From the NCBI GenBank assembly GCA_950097015.1, contig CATNEN010000024.1:1798001-1862000 (forward strand): a stretch of DNA of 64,000 nucleotides. The letters are read 5' to 3'. Source of the stretch: Macrostomum hystrix (lineage: Eukaryota > Animalia > Platyhelminthes). This document shows positions 48,401-60,062 of the stretch, one piece after another (the first letter of the stretch is position 1; each line of letters begins with the position of its first letter). The translations under genes and the position numbers were made by a program. Below the pieces are notes generated by a model, which saw nothing but the letters and a program-made list of their open reading frames with translations, was not told where the DNA came from and searched no databases.

Positions 48401-51400
48401 ACGAGTGCGACATTTCGGTGAGAGAGTTTGTCACCATGCTGCTGTCACCAAAGTTCCACTGGCAGGTGACTGGACACTTGTCGCTAAACGGAACTGTCAG
48501 GATAAATGTGACGGCCTTCTCGAGTGGAAACACTCGATTCGCTGCTGCCGCGACTTTCACAGAGTCAAGTGCAAAGTCCGGATGCAGACTGGCACGGATG
48601 GTTGTGGCTGACAGATCAGGCAAAAGTAAAAAGTTTAGCCGAGAAGTTTGATCTGAGAGCCGACTCGGAATGCTGAGCAGTGCACTAATTTGTCCAGCAT
48701 CTCCGACCGTCAGATCAAGGGCCGAGCAGAAATGGAAGTCAGAGCTCATTGCTGTGCACGCAGTGTTCTGAGCACTAGTTCCGGCTGAGCAATGGATCAA
48801 ATGATCAGCTCTGGTCGAAACAGTCGTCGTGTTTACTGTGAGCGTGAGATTGATGTCGAACAGAGGCTGCGTGCTCTCAACAGTCCGGTTTCGACACAGC
48901 AGAAATGGTACCAGCTGCTGGTATGTGGGTTGTGGCAGAATCAGCGGTGGCGGATCGCGCAGAGCTAGTAGAAACTCACGAGGATCTCCGATCACGACAC
49001 TGATCACAGTAGAACAGCTGGCTGAGCTCACTCGATTCTGCAGTCGAACGGTGACTGTGAAGTTCCCTGGCATGGTGAAGTTGTGAGTGATCGTGAACCA
49101 TCGACTTCCGCCTTGATCGGGGATTGATTCTGTCCGTCCGTCACCAAAGTCGACATCGGCTGTGAAGTCTGATCCAAACACGACGCTCACATTGAACTGA
49201 GCGAGGGTCTGCAAGGGTGCTTTAACGAACGTCGAGCTGAGTGTCACAATCTGGGCTCCGACAATGCGTTCCTGGACAACTAGCGACTGCTGAAGTTGAA
49301 TCTGCGACACCTGGTTTTCAACTACTGCCGTCACATTGTATGTGCCTCGTCTAACGTACGGATGAACGTAGGCCGCACTGTTGGTGGTCGAGTCCCAGGA
49401 AGCGAATGTTTTCGGTTGTACTGGTGTGCCGTCTCCAAAGTCCACAACGACTGAAGCGTTGGTGGGCAGATAAGCAGCTTCGTTGTCGCAGAAAAACGTT
49501 GCAGTGCCATTCACAGGACCCGCCTGTGTCAGCTCCAGCAACTGGCTCACGTTCAAATAGACCTTGTCTGGTGTGACTGGGTTTTGAACATATATTGTCT
49601 GGAACAAATCGTAAAGTTAAAAATATATATACACTGCTTCTCAAACATAATCAACTAGGTAAATCTTCAAATCACGTAGCCTCACCAAATTGTTTGACCA
49701 GAACCGTGAAACGAAGTTGACAGCTTCAGCCTGTACTGTCCAAGCTCCAGCGGTGCTGAAGTTCCACTGCTGCGTCAACTCTGGACCGATGCGGCTGCCA
49801 TCGGTGAAGTTCCAAGTGTACACTGGCTTGCTGCCCTGGTGTTGCAGTACATAGAAGCTCACGACGGAATGGGTCTTATCTGCAAGTTATTGTCGTGGCA
49901 TCGAATTATTTCCGCCGGAACGTCATTGACGCTTAGAGAAACTTCTTTCAGCAAAAATATGAGTTAACTTACAGTGCGTTGCGTTGGAGGCGATTCTGAC
50001 GCCCAATATTGGCACTTGGACTCGGACCAGCTTGTTTTGCATTGACGTGTCGGCCAGATTGTTGGTCAGCTTTACGCTCACGTTGTACAGGTACTCATCT
50101 GAGCAGTCCAGGTGGGTCCCACCAGAGCAGGTGTTGTTTCCGAGTACGGCGCTGGCTCGAACGCTTCCGCTGCGGTAGCCAAAGAACTCCACAGCTTTGG
50201 CAACACCAGGAGCCGAGGGCGGCGCCGCGGTGGCCGACAGACTAGTGATGCCGCTGGTGACGCCGGAAGCGGGCACGAAGTAGTCCGGTCGTGGCTGCTG
50301 TGCGCGAACCGAGACGGCGCGGCTCGGATCCGAAACAGCCAGAATGTCGCCTGGTTGGAGCACAATGTACTCGTGACTGGCGTTCAGCTGCAGCGAGTTG
50401 AAGCCGACGGTGGCGACTGTCAGAGTCACGCGTTGAACCGTTGACAGCTGGCCTGCGAACATCGGAAACTGGCTCGCGGGTCCGGTGGCGCTGGAGCATT
50501 GGCGCTTTTGAAGGCTCCAGCGGTCACCGCTGCAGGCGAATGTCCGAACGCTGGGCTGGAGACCACAGGACTGGCCAGTCGGAATACAGGTGTTGCTCAC
50601 ATAGCAGTAGGTACTTCCAGCCGTGCACTGGGGGCGCAGCACCTGTGGCGATACGCAGAAGCAGTTTTTTTTAAGTTTTCAATGCTTATGCTGTACTCAC
50701 TTAGAACAATGGTTGCTTTACCTCTTTCCTCTTTACTTCCCCTAACCCTTGGTATAATTGCTGCACCCCCTTTTATTTTCTTGCTTTTTCACAGTGGCTG
50801 ACCGAACGACTAAGAATCATCTGAGTAACTTCACGGACTTGATTTTCTGTCCCTGTCAGCTAGTCGTCGCCCACATCAACGAGACATATACGACCATTGG
50901 ATCATAATGAGACATCTTATTGGATTTGGGATGAGGGGGATGTGAGATGGTATGGATGTGCAGTCAACTACCCATATGCCCTCCGTTTCACCGCTTTGCT
51001 GTTTGATAAAGAATTAATTTAAATTGCTCCTAAGTCGGAAACGAATGAGCCAACACAAAGCCTCATCTACGAACTCAGTCCTGTCCACTTGGCCGCAAGC
51101 TTCACCTGAACTTCAAAGCTAGCGCCTGAAGACACGTTGGCGTGAAATGCGACGCTGGTGATGGTGCACGCGACGCTGACGTCATAGTTGAGCAGCAGCA
51201 GCCCGGCTGAGCTGCTGTCGGCTGTGTACGGCTGCTGACTCTCCGGCTGTCGGAAGTTCACGGGCACCGCATCTGTAGAAGTTGTGAGCAGCATTTTTTT
51301 CGACAAACCATTTTAGGAGCCAATGCGTCCACCATACAAGCCTAAAGCAGCAGCTGTTATTTTGACTATTTGACTTGACTTGAACCAAAGTGCATCAATC

Positions 51401-53522
51401 TAGAAAAATATCGAGCTGCGGAGTTCGAACTCACTGACGCCGCTGATGACCACAGTCTTGCCGATCTTGAAGTCGACCTCCGCAGTCACATTCGAGCCAA
51501 GCTGGAAGGGCGCAGTGATTGTCACCTCGCTGCCCCAGGTGGCGTTGCCATCGGTGAAGCCGTCTGCAGAAACTTGGACGCTGCCGACAGCCCTGAGTCG
51601 CTGCTGCACTCGAAGCACGGCGGTCAGCTGGACGGGAGAGCTGAGCAGCTTCGGCTGCTTGACCTCTGTGTTCAGCAGAGCCTTTTGCTCTGCGGAGAAG
51701 GCCGGTTTGTCAAAGGGATTTAGTCTTCTAATGATGACTCAAAGAAGAAAACTGTTGAATTTCAAGTATTGACCTGACCTCGACAATCAGACTAGGTCTT
51801 TTTTAGCAGCCCAATAAATATTTGTAAAAGCTTTGACCCCGTTTAATAAGGCATATGTGTTTTCTTAAGTTTAAACTTTAACGCTGAAATTTACTCTGCC
51901 GAGATATGACCTCAAAACCCTTAGCCACTACGATTCCGTTGTCTTTTGAACGATTATAAGCTTTTTGACAATACATTTGTGATACATCAAGCACACAGTT
52001 CTAAGTCAACATTAAAAATAGACAAAAATCTGAATAACTCCGCAGAATAACAAAATTTTATTTAACTTAGAATAGAAAACTCTTCTTAAATTGCTCGACT
52101 AAATATTTAAAAAACTTTCCTGCGCCCCGTGTTGGGCCTTCCCTGAATTTTTTGTTTTACTTTGTGGCCACGTTCGACACAGAAAAGCAGAAAGCAATGA
52201 AGCCGCTCACTCGGAAAGTTCTCTCGCACCGGGACGCCGGTCTCCGTGCCCTGCTGAGTCCGCTGCCTGAGTTCCTGCTGCCAGTCAGTCCACACAGAAT
52301 GGTCCAGCACGGTGGCTGTGCCGTCGTTGATGTCGATGGTGATGTCCACCGTGTCCCCGCTAGTGACCAGTGCAGAGGGAGCTGCAGGACATGCGGGGTG
52401 ATGAGGATTGAGATAATTTGATGTAAGATGATGGGATGTGAGATGATGGGATGTGAGATCATGGGATGTGAGATGATGGGATGAGAGATGATGGGATGTG
52501 AGATGATGGGATGTGAGATGATGGGATGTGAGATGATGGGATGTGAGATGATGGGATGTGAGATGATGGGATGTGAGATGATGGGATGTGAGATGATGGG
52601 ATGTGAGATGATGGGATGTGAGATGAGGAGATGTGAGATAATTTTATGTGAGATGATTTTATGTGAGATTGTGAGGTTGTGAAACAGTGAGGATGTGAGA
52701 TGATGAGGATGCGAGACAATGGGAGTGGGATTGTGATGATGTGAAACGGTAAGGATATGAGATGACGGGGATTTGAAGCTCTCTACCACCTACCCCCAGA
52801 GACACGCATGGCAGCCTTCTTGTAGGTGGGCACAGAGCGGACGGTGCCGACGAAGGTCCAGTTGACGAAGCAGGCGGCAGTCTGGGACCAGGTGGTCACT
52901 TCGCAGGTGCCGGGTAGGCAGAACTCGGAGGTGGCATTGCCCAGGGCGGCTACAGAGGCGTTGCTGCACTGGCAGCTCTGGTTCGTGTACACGGCGTAGC
53001 TAAACGAAAGCAGTTTTGTTAAATAAAAATTATACTAGTATTTTAGACTGGTTTCCCTCTTCATTTGGTCAAATTTAGAGATTCAAAATCAATAAAATAG
53101 GTCGATCGTACTACCCCATGACAAGACTTGCATGGATTGCTGCTGGACTTGATTTTGTGTTTAAAAATGCTAGTAAAACTACTCAGAACTTTGGCTCACC
53201 TGTAGTCCATCTGTCGGCAGGTCATCAGGCAGTTGTCAGTCGGGTCAGTGGTTTCCACCGGAACCACGCCTGGGTTGACCCGGAACTCCCGCCTGGCGCT
53301 GCCCGGCTGGTGCAGCTGCTTGCACGGGTACCGGTCGGCGGCTGTCCAATTGAAGTTTTAGGAAATATACTCGTATTTACTGATGATTCGAGAGTTCACT
53401 TGGCAATAAATGAATTTACACGAGGTATGTGTGATTGACTAACTCAAATAATCTATTTTTGTCCTACCTGCCGAATGGACAAGCGATTCACAAGTGACAA
53501 GCAGCAGCAACAGCAGCAGCAT
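36421..53522 (-). CDS. Polycystin-1-like receptor-channel (signal peptide, WSC, PKD repeats, REJ, GAIN/GPS, PLAT, 11-TM region, C-terminal coiled coil), more than 20 exons
   Basis: Signal exon 53468-53522 (MLLLLLLLVTCESLVHSA); WSC-like exons 53200-53341 and 52794-52999 (CLMTCRQMDYSYAVYTNQSCQCSN); PKD repeats (VDFGDG, WNFGD, WNFTDG) and REJ in the large exon ~46851-49610; GPS CYSRHLTSF at ~42016-42060; PLAT (ELTFWTG..AGTTANV..LRIWHDNSG..WYL) at ~41273-41620; HLWLSV..RFTRVQR at ~40940-41000; TOP domain (WLDRQTRGLFLELLLYNP); last exons 36941-37216 and 36421-36566 (..FEELNLRILQMEV..IYM*). Not every internal boundary was resolved. Confidence 0.93.
36660..36730 (-). mobile_element. Fragment of CORE-like SINE family A
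   Basis: GCTGCGTACAACTGTTCAGTCCGTGGACTGG matches 11782-11811. Confidence 0.65.
37205..37760. repeat. 35-bp minisatellite that contains the polycystin splice acceptor
   Basis: About 16 units; minus-strand unit ACAGCATGCAGTTTACAAATCCTGTTCACCTGCAG; the last unit runs into exon 36941-37216. Confidence 0.95.
52430..52660. repeat. 15-bp minisatellite (GATGGGATGTGAGAT)
   Basis: About 13 units, ~50 bp from a polycystin acceptor. Confidence 0.95.
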
Positions 53523-53673
53523 TGTTGTTGCCAGTTTTCAATCTATTAAGAAATTGCACGCGTAACTCGCTGCTTGTAAATTCAGACGATTCAAATCCGA
53601 AACCGTTTTTAGGCGGATCCACGGCCTAACGTTAATAAAAATTGGCTCCTGTTTTACCCTGCCTTCGCTGTCC

Positions 53674-53679
53674 TTTATA
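53674..53679 (-). promoter_or_regulatory. Candidate TATA box for the polycystin-like gene
   Basis: TATAAA on the minus strand ~150 bp upstream of the ATG at 53522; motif only. Confidence 0.3.
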
Positions 53680-54301
53680 GTTTTACTTCAAATTATCATC
53701 GGTTTATCCGTCACCATGGCCGAGGCTGTGTTCCACATATAGTTTTGATGGGACATTGTCTGCGCAGCTAACAATGGGGGGTAGGAGATGGCGTTGGACT
53801 GGAACGATGCAGCGACAGGCACAAAATTGGCATGCAGGCTTCGGTTTAATCCCTCATCGTATCACCTCCCTCGAAGAATACAGTCGATTTCGATTGTCTA
53901 TTTAGACGAGGAAGGTATTCTGATTTGAGAGATAGGGATCTCAAAATTTTCTATTTCCCCCTAGGTGCTGCTTTTTTACCATGGCAACGGACTGGCAGTA
54001 AATAGAGGAAAAATCGAGGAATAGAGAGATAGACATCAGCCCCAAACACCCGGTAATTGCTTTTCTAGCTAATCGCGAATCGTTTGGTTGAATAGATTTC
54101 CACCGCTGATTGAGTCCGGAGTTGAAGAATCAGAAAATTTTCTGTCTACTATTTTTCCAGAATCACGAAGAGAGAGAATTACTCTCATTTTTCTTTTCCA
54201 AATGCTTCGCGTCAAAATGCGGGAATGGTAACTAATTTGGAGTGCTGCACAAACAATTGCCCTCCTCAAGGTGGAAATTATTCACTGCTAGGGGTTGGCC
54301 A

Positions 54302-54306
54302 TATAA
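54302..54306 (+). promoter_or_regulatory. Candidate TATA box for the secreted-peptide gene
   Basis: CCATATAAGAGG ~70 bp upstream of the ATG at 54371; motif only. Confidence 0.35.
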
Positions 54307-54370
54307 GAGGCGGTGCAGCTGTTTGCCCACTCCTTCTCTGATTATCTTTGTTTAAACGAAAGTCTAAGTG

Positions 54371-54592
54371 ATGCCGAAAGTCCTGTCGAGCGTGCTCGCA
54401 GCCTCCAGTGCTCTGGCACTGCTGCTGCTTGTGTTCCAGTCCGAGTCGGTTGTTGCTCTGCCTGCTTCTCACCCAACGTCCGAGACCGTTTTCGAAACCG
54501 CTAAACGACAGGCGGCTCCGTTTCGCTATTACACCGGACAGATGTATGAGTTCAGGAAGAAGGTGAGCGGTCAGGTGTCAAAGCACTTTTAG
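54371..54592 (+). CDS. Putative secreted peptide (neuropeptide-like) precursor, exon 1
   Basis: Signal peptide MPKVLSSVLAASSALALLLLVFQSESVVA, then KR-QAAPFRYYTGQMYEF-RKK. Donor GTGAGC at 54563; candidate exon 2 from 55222 (KARFRADDAVRDY) and exon 3 from 55330; the unspliced frame stops at 54592. Confidence 0.65.
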   Translation: MPKVLSSVLAASSALALLLLVFQSESVVALPASHPTSETVFETAKRQAAPFRYYTGQMYEFRKKVSGQVSKHF

Positions 54593-54644
54593 AGCGGCTT
54601 CTTGAGCAGTACTCTGTGTGGCAGAGTAAAGATAAATCAGTGCA

Positions 54645-55102
54645 GTGTCAGGGTAAGCAGTGTCAGGGTAAGCAGTGTCAGGGTAAGCAGTGTCAGGATA
54701 TGCAGTGTCAGGGTAAGCAGTGTCAGGGTAAGCAGTGTCAGGGTAAGCAGTGTCAGGATATTCAGTGTCAGGGTGAGCAGTGTCAGGGTAAGCAGTGTCA
54801 GGATATGCAGTGTCAGGGTAAGCAGTGTCAGGGTAAGCAGTCAGGGTAAGCAGTGTCAGGATATGCAGTGTCAGGGTAAGCAGTGTCAGGATATGCAGTG
54901 TCAGGGTAAGCAGTGTCAGGGTAAGTAGTGTCAGGGTAAGCAGTGTCAGGGTAAGCAGTGTCAGGGTAAGCAGTGTCAGGGTAAGCAGTGTCAGGGTAAG
55001 TAGTGTCAGGGTAAGCAGTGTCAAGGTAAGCAGTGTCAGGGTAAGCAGTGTCAGGGTAAGCAGTGTCAGGGTAAGCAGTGTCAGGGTAAGCAGTGTCAGG
55101 GT
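54645..55102. repeat. 15-bp minisatellite (GGGTAAGCAGTGTCA)
   Basis: About 30 units with GGATATGCAGTGTCA variants. Confidence 0.96.
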
Positions 55103-55597
55103 TAGAAATTACAGGGTAATTGGTTTCATTCAAGGTAAAGCATGGCGGAATCGTTATTTGGTATGTGCTGTCGGTTTATAAATTATTTCACTGTTTATTT
55201 TTCGTTAAAAAAAATTTACAGAAGGCGCGTTTTCGCGCAGACGATGCTGTCCGAGACTACGTACGTAAGCTGGAACACTTGCTAATTTTTTAACTATACA
55301 GATACGAAGACCGTCGATTTATTTCCAGATTCTGCCCGACTCCAAGTGAGCCGCCCACAATAGCGAGCCACACCTACTTGTTGTGACTCTGCTAACTTGA
55401 CTGGTTAAATAAATTAATTGCCGAATCACCTCTCACTACTAATATGAGACAGTAAAGAGAAAAGTACAATTTTACAGCTCCTTCTTTGATTTTTTAAAAG
55501 CTTAGACTATATTCTTCCATGACGAGTCAGTAAGGTTTACAACACCTTCAACCATTTCGGCTTGGCTTGAGGGGTCAGTCTTTCAGTTTGATGGTAG

Positions 55598-56304
55598 TTT
55601 TAGCCTCGGAGGGTCAGTTGGTTGGTAGTTTTAGCCTCGGAGGGTCAGTTGGTTGGTAGTTTTAGCCTCGGAGGGTCAGTTGGTTGGTAGTTTTAGCCTC
55701 GGAGGGTCAGTTGGTTGGTAGTTTTAGCCTCGGAGGGTCAGTTGGTTGGTTGTTTTAGCCTCGGAGGGTCAGTTTGATGGTAGTTTTAACCTCGGAGGGA
55801 CAGTTAGTTGGTATTTTGAGCCTCGTAGGGTCAGTTGGTTGGTAGTTTTAGCCTCGGAGGGTCAGTTGGTTGGTAGTTTTAGCCTCGGAGGGTCAGTTGG
55901 TTGGTAGTTTTAGCCTCGGAGGGCCAGTTAGATGGTAGTTTTAGCCTCGGAGGGTCAGTTGGTTGGTAGTTTTAGCCTCGGAGGGTCAGTTGGTTGGTAG
56001 TTTTAGCCTCGGAGGGTCAGTTGGTTGGTAGTTTTAGCCTCGGAGGGTCAGTTTGATGGTAGTTTTAACCTCGGAGGGACAGTTAGTTGGTATTTTGAGC
56101 CTCGTAGGGTCAGTTTGATGGTAGTTTTAGCCTCGGAGGGCCAGTTAGATGGTAGTTTTAGCCTCGGAGGGTCAGTTGGTTGGTAGTTTTAGCCTCGGAG
56201 GGTCAGTTGGTTGGTAGTTTTAGCCTCGGAGGGTCAGTTGGTTGGTAGTTTTAGCCTCGGAGGGTCAGTTTGATGGTAGTTATAACCTCGGAGGGTCAGT
56301 TGGT
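55598..56304. repeat. 31-bp minisatellite (TAGTTTTAGCCTCGGAGGGTCAGTTGGTTGG), left arm
   Basis: About 22 units, interrupted by the Gypsy element. Confidence 0.96.
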
Positions 56305-56524
56305 TCGCTGCGGCTGGGTCGCTGCGTTGTCAGTTCGGCTGACGAACGGCTTCATTCGATCATGGTGCACCAATAATTTACGCCTGCCGTTCTCGGAGCG
56401 CACTCGGTAGTTCACGGGGCCGACCTTCTTGATGATGGTGTACGGGCCGGACCACCTGTTCGATAGTGACTTACACTGGCCGCGCTTCATCGCCTGGTTC
56501 GTCAGCATCACCAGGTCCCCGACC

Positions 56525-58375
56525 TTAAACTCGACAGTCTCGGCGCCGGTAAAGGATCTCCAGCGGAAACTCCTGGATGAGCTGCAGCCAGCGCGCCAAC
56601 CGTCCCGCAGGCTCCTTGGTGTTCAGCAGTCCGATGATCGGCTTGTGGTCGGTGAACAACTGGATACGGCTGCTATTACTCAGGTACATTCGAAACTGCT
56701 TGAGACTCCATACCACGGCCAGGAGCTCTCGGTCCGTGGTGCTGTAGTTGCGCTCGGCCTTGCTCAGCGTTCTGGAGGCATAGGCCACCGGCAGATCCTC
56801 GCCGTCTCGCTCCTGGCTGAGCACCGCACCCAAAGCGACGGCACTGCTGCCACAGCTGATGGTAACGGGTCGATTGAAGTCTGGCAGCTGGAGCACGGGA
56901 GCCTGGGTAAGAGCGTCCTTCAGCTTGGCTAGTGCTGCCGCATGCTCGTCTGTCCATGCGAAACCCCCAGCGCTTTTCTGTGCCAGATGGTGCAGCGGCT
57001 TGGCGATGTCGGAGAAGTTGGGCACAAACCGGCGGTAGAAGCTCAGCATGCCGAGGATGCGCCGGACGTCCTGGTCCGACCGCGGGTCTGGCATCTGTCT
57101 GATCGCCTCGACCTTCTCTGCCGACGGTGCGATGCCGCTCTCGGAAACCTCGTGGCCCAGGTAGGTGACCTTCCGATAGGCGAAGAAGCTCTTGCCAGGG
57201 TTCAGCTTCAGTTTGGCGGACCGCAGACGCTGAAGAACATTGGACAACGACTGGAGATGACTCCCGAAGTCCTTGTTGAAGATGATGAGATCGTCGATAT
57301 AGGCGATGACCACCTCCCAGCTGAGCCCTGTCATAATGAGTTCCATCATGCGCTGATAGGTTGCTGGCGGATTGCACATGCCAAATCCCATTTTCCTGAA
57401 CTGCATCAAGCCGCTCGAAGTGTAGAAAGCAGTTAACGGCCGGTCCTCCTCCCTGACTTCCACCTGGAGGAAGCCTTGTCGCATGTCGATGGTAGAAAAC
57501 CAGGTGCAGCCAGCCAGAGAGTCGAGTGCCTGGTGCAAGTGCGGCAGCGGGTGAGCATCCTTGACAGTGAGGCTGTTTAGCGCTCGCCAGTCTACGCAGA
57601 CTCGGATGTCATTGTTCTTCTTCCTGACGATCATGAGATTGCTGGCCCATGGGCTTGAAGACGGCTCGATGACGCCATGTTTTTGCATTTGAGCAAGCTT
57701 CTCGTCCACTTGCTTCCTGAAGGCGTGCGGCACACGACGGGGTCGCTGACGAATCGGATGTGCGCAGTCTTCCAGCTCGATCTTGTGTTGTGCAGCGCCA
57801 CTCGTCCCTACGTCGAATTCGTGTGCCGAGACCACATCGGCGAACTGTGCCAGCAGAGCCTTTAGTCGGTCGCCGTCGACTGCTGGCAGATCCGGGTTGA
57901 TGTTGAATTGGTCCACAGGGCCTCGCCAGTCGTGCAAGTCCTCGTCCTCCTCGACGATATCGGCGCTCTCGAAGGTTCCGATGTTCTGGTTGGAGTACAG
58001 CGTGACTGGAGTGCATCCCAGATTGCACACCCGCACTGGGATTCTTCCATCGTTCGAAGACACTGCGAACACTCGGCAGGGCAGCACTCCAGTTTTGTCA
58101 ACGAACTCCTGGGAAGGTTCGAAAATGCCCTGGGCCTGCTTTGTTTCGATTGCCACCTTGACAACCTTCGTCGCTCTCGGCGGCACGACTACAGCGTCTT
58201 GAACTCGGGCGATGAGCACCGTGGGAACCATGCAGCAGGACGACGACGCTCCTCGTTCAGACTCGGTGCTGCTGAACGGGACGGAAGCCTTGTCAAAGGT
58301 AACCGTCTGGGCCTTCTGGTCGATGCTAAATTGCGATGAAGCCATCCTGCTGATGAAGTCCATTCCAAGGATGAA
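56525..58375 (-). pseudogene. pol: Gypsy pol remnant (protease tail, RT, RNase H)
   Basis: RT motifs PWAS..IVRKK..RVCVDWRALN, STIDMRQGF, MGFGMCNPPATYQR, YIDD, YLGH; RNase H CGSSAVALGAVLSQ..NYSTTDRELLAV..TDHKP..RLARW; breaks off after EILYRR. Confidence 0.9.
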
Positions 58376-58386
58376 GTCAGGTTAAA

Positions 58387-58706
58387 GCACAGCTCGCGTA
58401 GCGTCTCGTTCTCTCCGCGCTTCCTTGCGTGGAATGTGTTCATGGCCTTGAAGCTGTCAGACTCGCCACCGTAAAATTTTGTAAGCGCGGTTTCAATTTC
58501 CTTGTAGCTCTTCTGCTTCGTCGGCTCGAGATCCCAGACGATCAGTTGCGCCTCTCCAGTGAGCAACAGTTTGACTTTTGACGCCGATGTTTCGTCGTCC
58601 CACTTTGCATCCTGGCTGAATTCCTCAAACATACGCAGCCATCTTCGCACGTCAGTGTCGTCTGTGCCACTAAACTTTGGCGGCATAAGTGCATTTGAGT
58701 AGGCCA
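58387..58706 (-). pseudogene. gag: Gypsy gag N-terminal fragment
   Basis: MPPKFSGTDDTDVRRWLRMFEE..WDD..KVKLLLTGEA; fused out of frame to the pol remnant near 58380. Confidence 0.8.
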
Positions 58707-58727
58707 TTAGAGCTCTGGGTTCTAGCT

Positions 58728-58738
58728 CGCTGCCACCA
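58728..58738 (-). other. Primer-binding site TGGTGGCAGCG
   Basis: One nucleotide after the LTR end; complementary to a tRNA 3' end CGCUGCCACCA, as in tRNA-Leu (assignment from memory). Confidence 0.8.
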
Positions 58739-58739
58739 A

Positions 58740-58957
58740 TGTAAGAGCCGGCGAAATTTAGATTGTCAGAAAGTACGCACGAGTTTATTTGGCATAACGA
58801 TTCAATATATACGAGCAGGGCAGTGATGAGCACGATGAATAATAAAATAGGCTAAAGCCAGCCCCACCCCCAAGCGGGTGAAAGGCCGACGCCATGTACA
58901 TTTAGACCAATCAGACAAGACGAGCCAACGCACAACACACCACGCAGGAACCCCACA
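58740..58957 (-). repeat. 5' LTR (218 bp)
   Basis: Minus strand begins TGTGGGG and ends CTTACA (TG..CA), contains AATAAA, and is followed directly by the PBS. Confidence 0.85.
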
Positions 58958-58960
58958 GTA

Positions 58961-59085
58961 TAGTTTTAGCCTCGGAGGGTCAGTTGGATGGTAGTTTTAG
59001 CCTCGGAGGGTCAGTTGCTTGGTAGTTTTAGCCTCGGAGGGTCAGTTTGTTGGTAATTTTAACCTCGGAGGGTCAGTTGGTTGGT
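58961..59085. repeat. 31-bp minisatellite, right arm
   Basis: About 4 units of the 55598-56304 repeat. Confidence 0.93.
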
Positions 59086-59859
59086 GGTTTTTTTCTGCGA
59101 TGCTGCATCGTTGACCTTGTTCTTTTTTATTTGAGCGTTTTGTAGTTTTTTTAATACTGCTTTGTTTTATCGCTCTCTCCTTGATTCTTGGCCTCAAAAC
59201 ACAACTCACGTGAGACGAATAGATCAGAGACAAAACGAAGGAGTATCTATTATAGAGAAACTTTTACTTTTCAATCAGTTTTGTTACTCTGATCTTAGAG
59301 CAATAACAGTCGCAGATATATTGTTACACTCTTGGATTTTAGGTTTGGCTGAGATTTTAGGTTTTACTTAAAGCCAGATAATAATAACCGGACAGCCGTA
59401 AAAGCCGCTAATCTCCTAGAAAAAACGGAAACATTAACTCGGATATTCCAAGACAGTAGAATGGGTTAGATTTCCTGGAAATTCGAGTGTACAAATCTAC
59501 TGTCGGGTACACTGTTCGCAATGCAAGTACAGGGCGAAAGCCTCAGCATTAAGTACAAGCCCGTACAAGCAAGTAAGAGATGTGAACTAGGAACCAAAGC
59601 ATAATTGCTAAAAATAGAATCCGTAGAGTTGCCTTATGCTATTGCGCCTATAAATACGGCTCGTATGCACTAGGAAAGCCGACTGAGTTTTAATTTCTCT
59701 CTTACACGTTTAAGTCGCCACATGGCTCCAAGAGGTAAAGTAGTACTCTTCCAGTCTGCCACACTCCCAATTTCACATTCCTAATATCAAACTCTCGCTG
59801 CTAACCTCACACTCAAAACATTATTCGCACTCTCTATCACACCGTCTCCGAATCTCACC

Positions 59860-60005
59860 CTCTCCGATTGTCGCCCTCTTAAAATCTCACCCGCTCAGAA
59901 ATCTCACCCTTTCAAAATGTAAATCTCTACAAATCTCACCCTCTTAAAATATTCACCCTCTCAAATCTCACTTTAAAAAAATCTCACCCTCTTAAAATCT
60001 CTAAA
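59860..60005. repeat. Degenerate ~19-bp repeat (AAATCTCACCCTCTTAAAA)
   Basis: ATCTCACCC recurs several times. Confidence 0.7.
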
Positions 60006-60062
60006 GAGCGTCGCCACTCGGACCCAAAGCTGACTCTAGTTCGTAGTGCAGCCACTGACATA

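Larger units (their letters stand above)
56305..58957 (-). mobile_element. Ty3/Gypsy LTR retrotransposon, internally deleted and lacking the 3' LTR
   Basis: 5' LTR, PBS, gag N-terminus, protease tail (FILGMDF), RT, RNase H, and only the integrase C-terminal GPY segment (RWSGPYTIIKKVGPVNYRV..VHHDRMKP, 56296-56511). Confidence 0.93.

Noticed and set aside
55330-60060. Splicing of the secreted-peptide gene onto the 60063 exons across the Gypsy and satellite block
   Set aside because: A phase-compatible path exists, but it needs weak sites and has no independent support.
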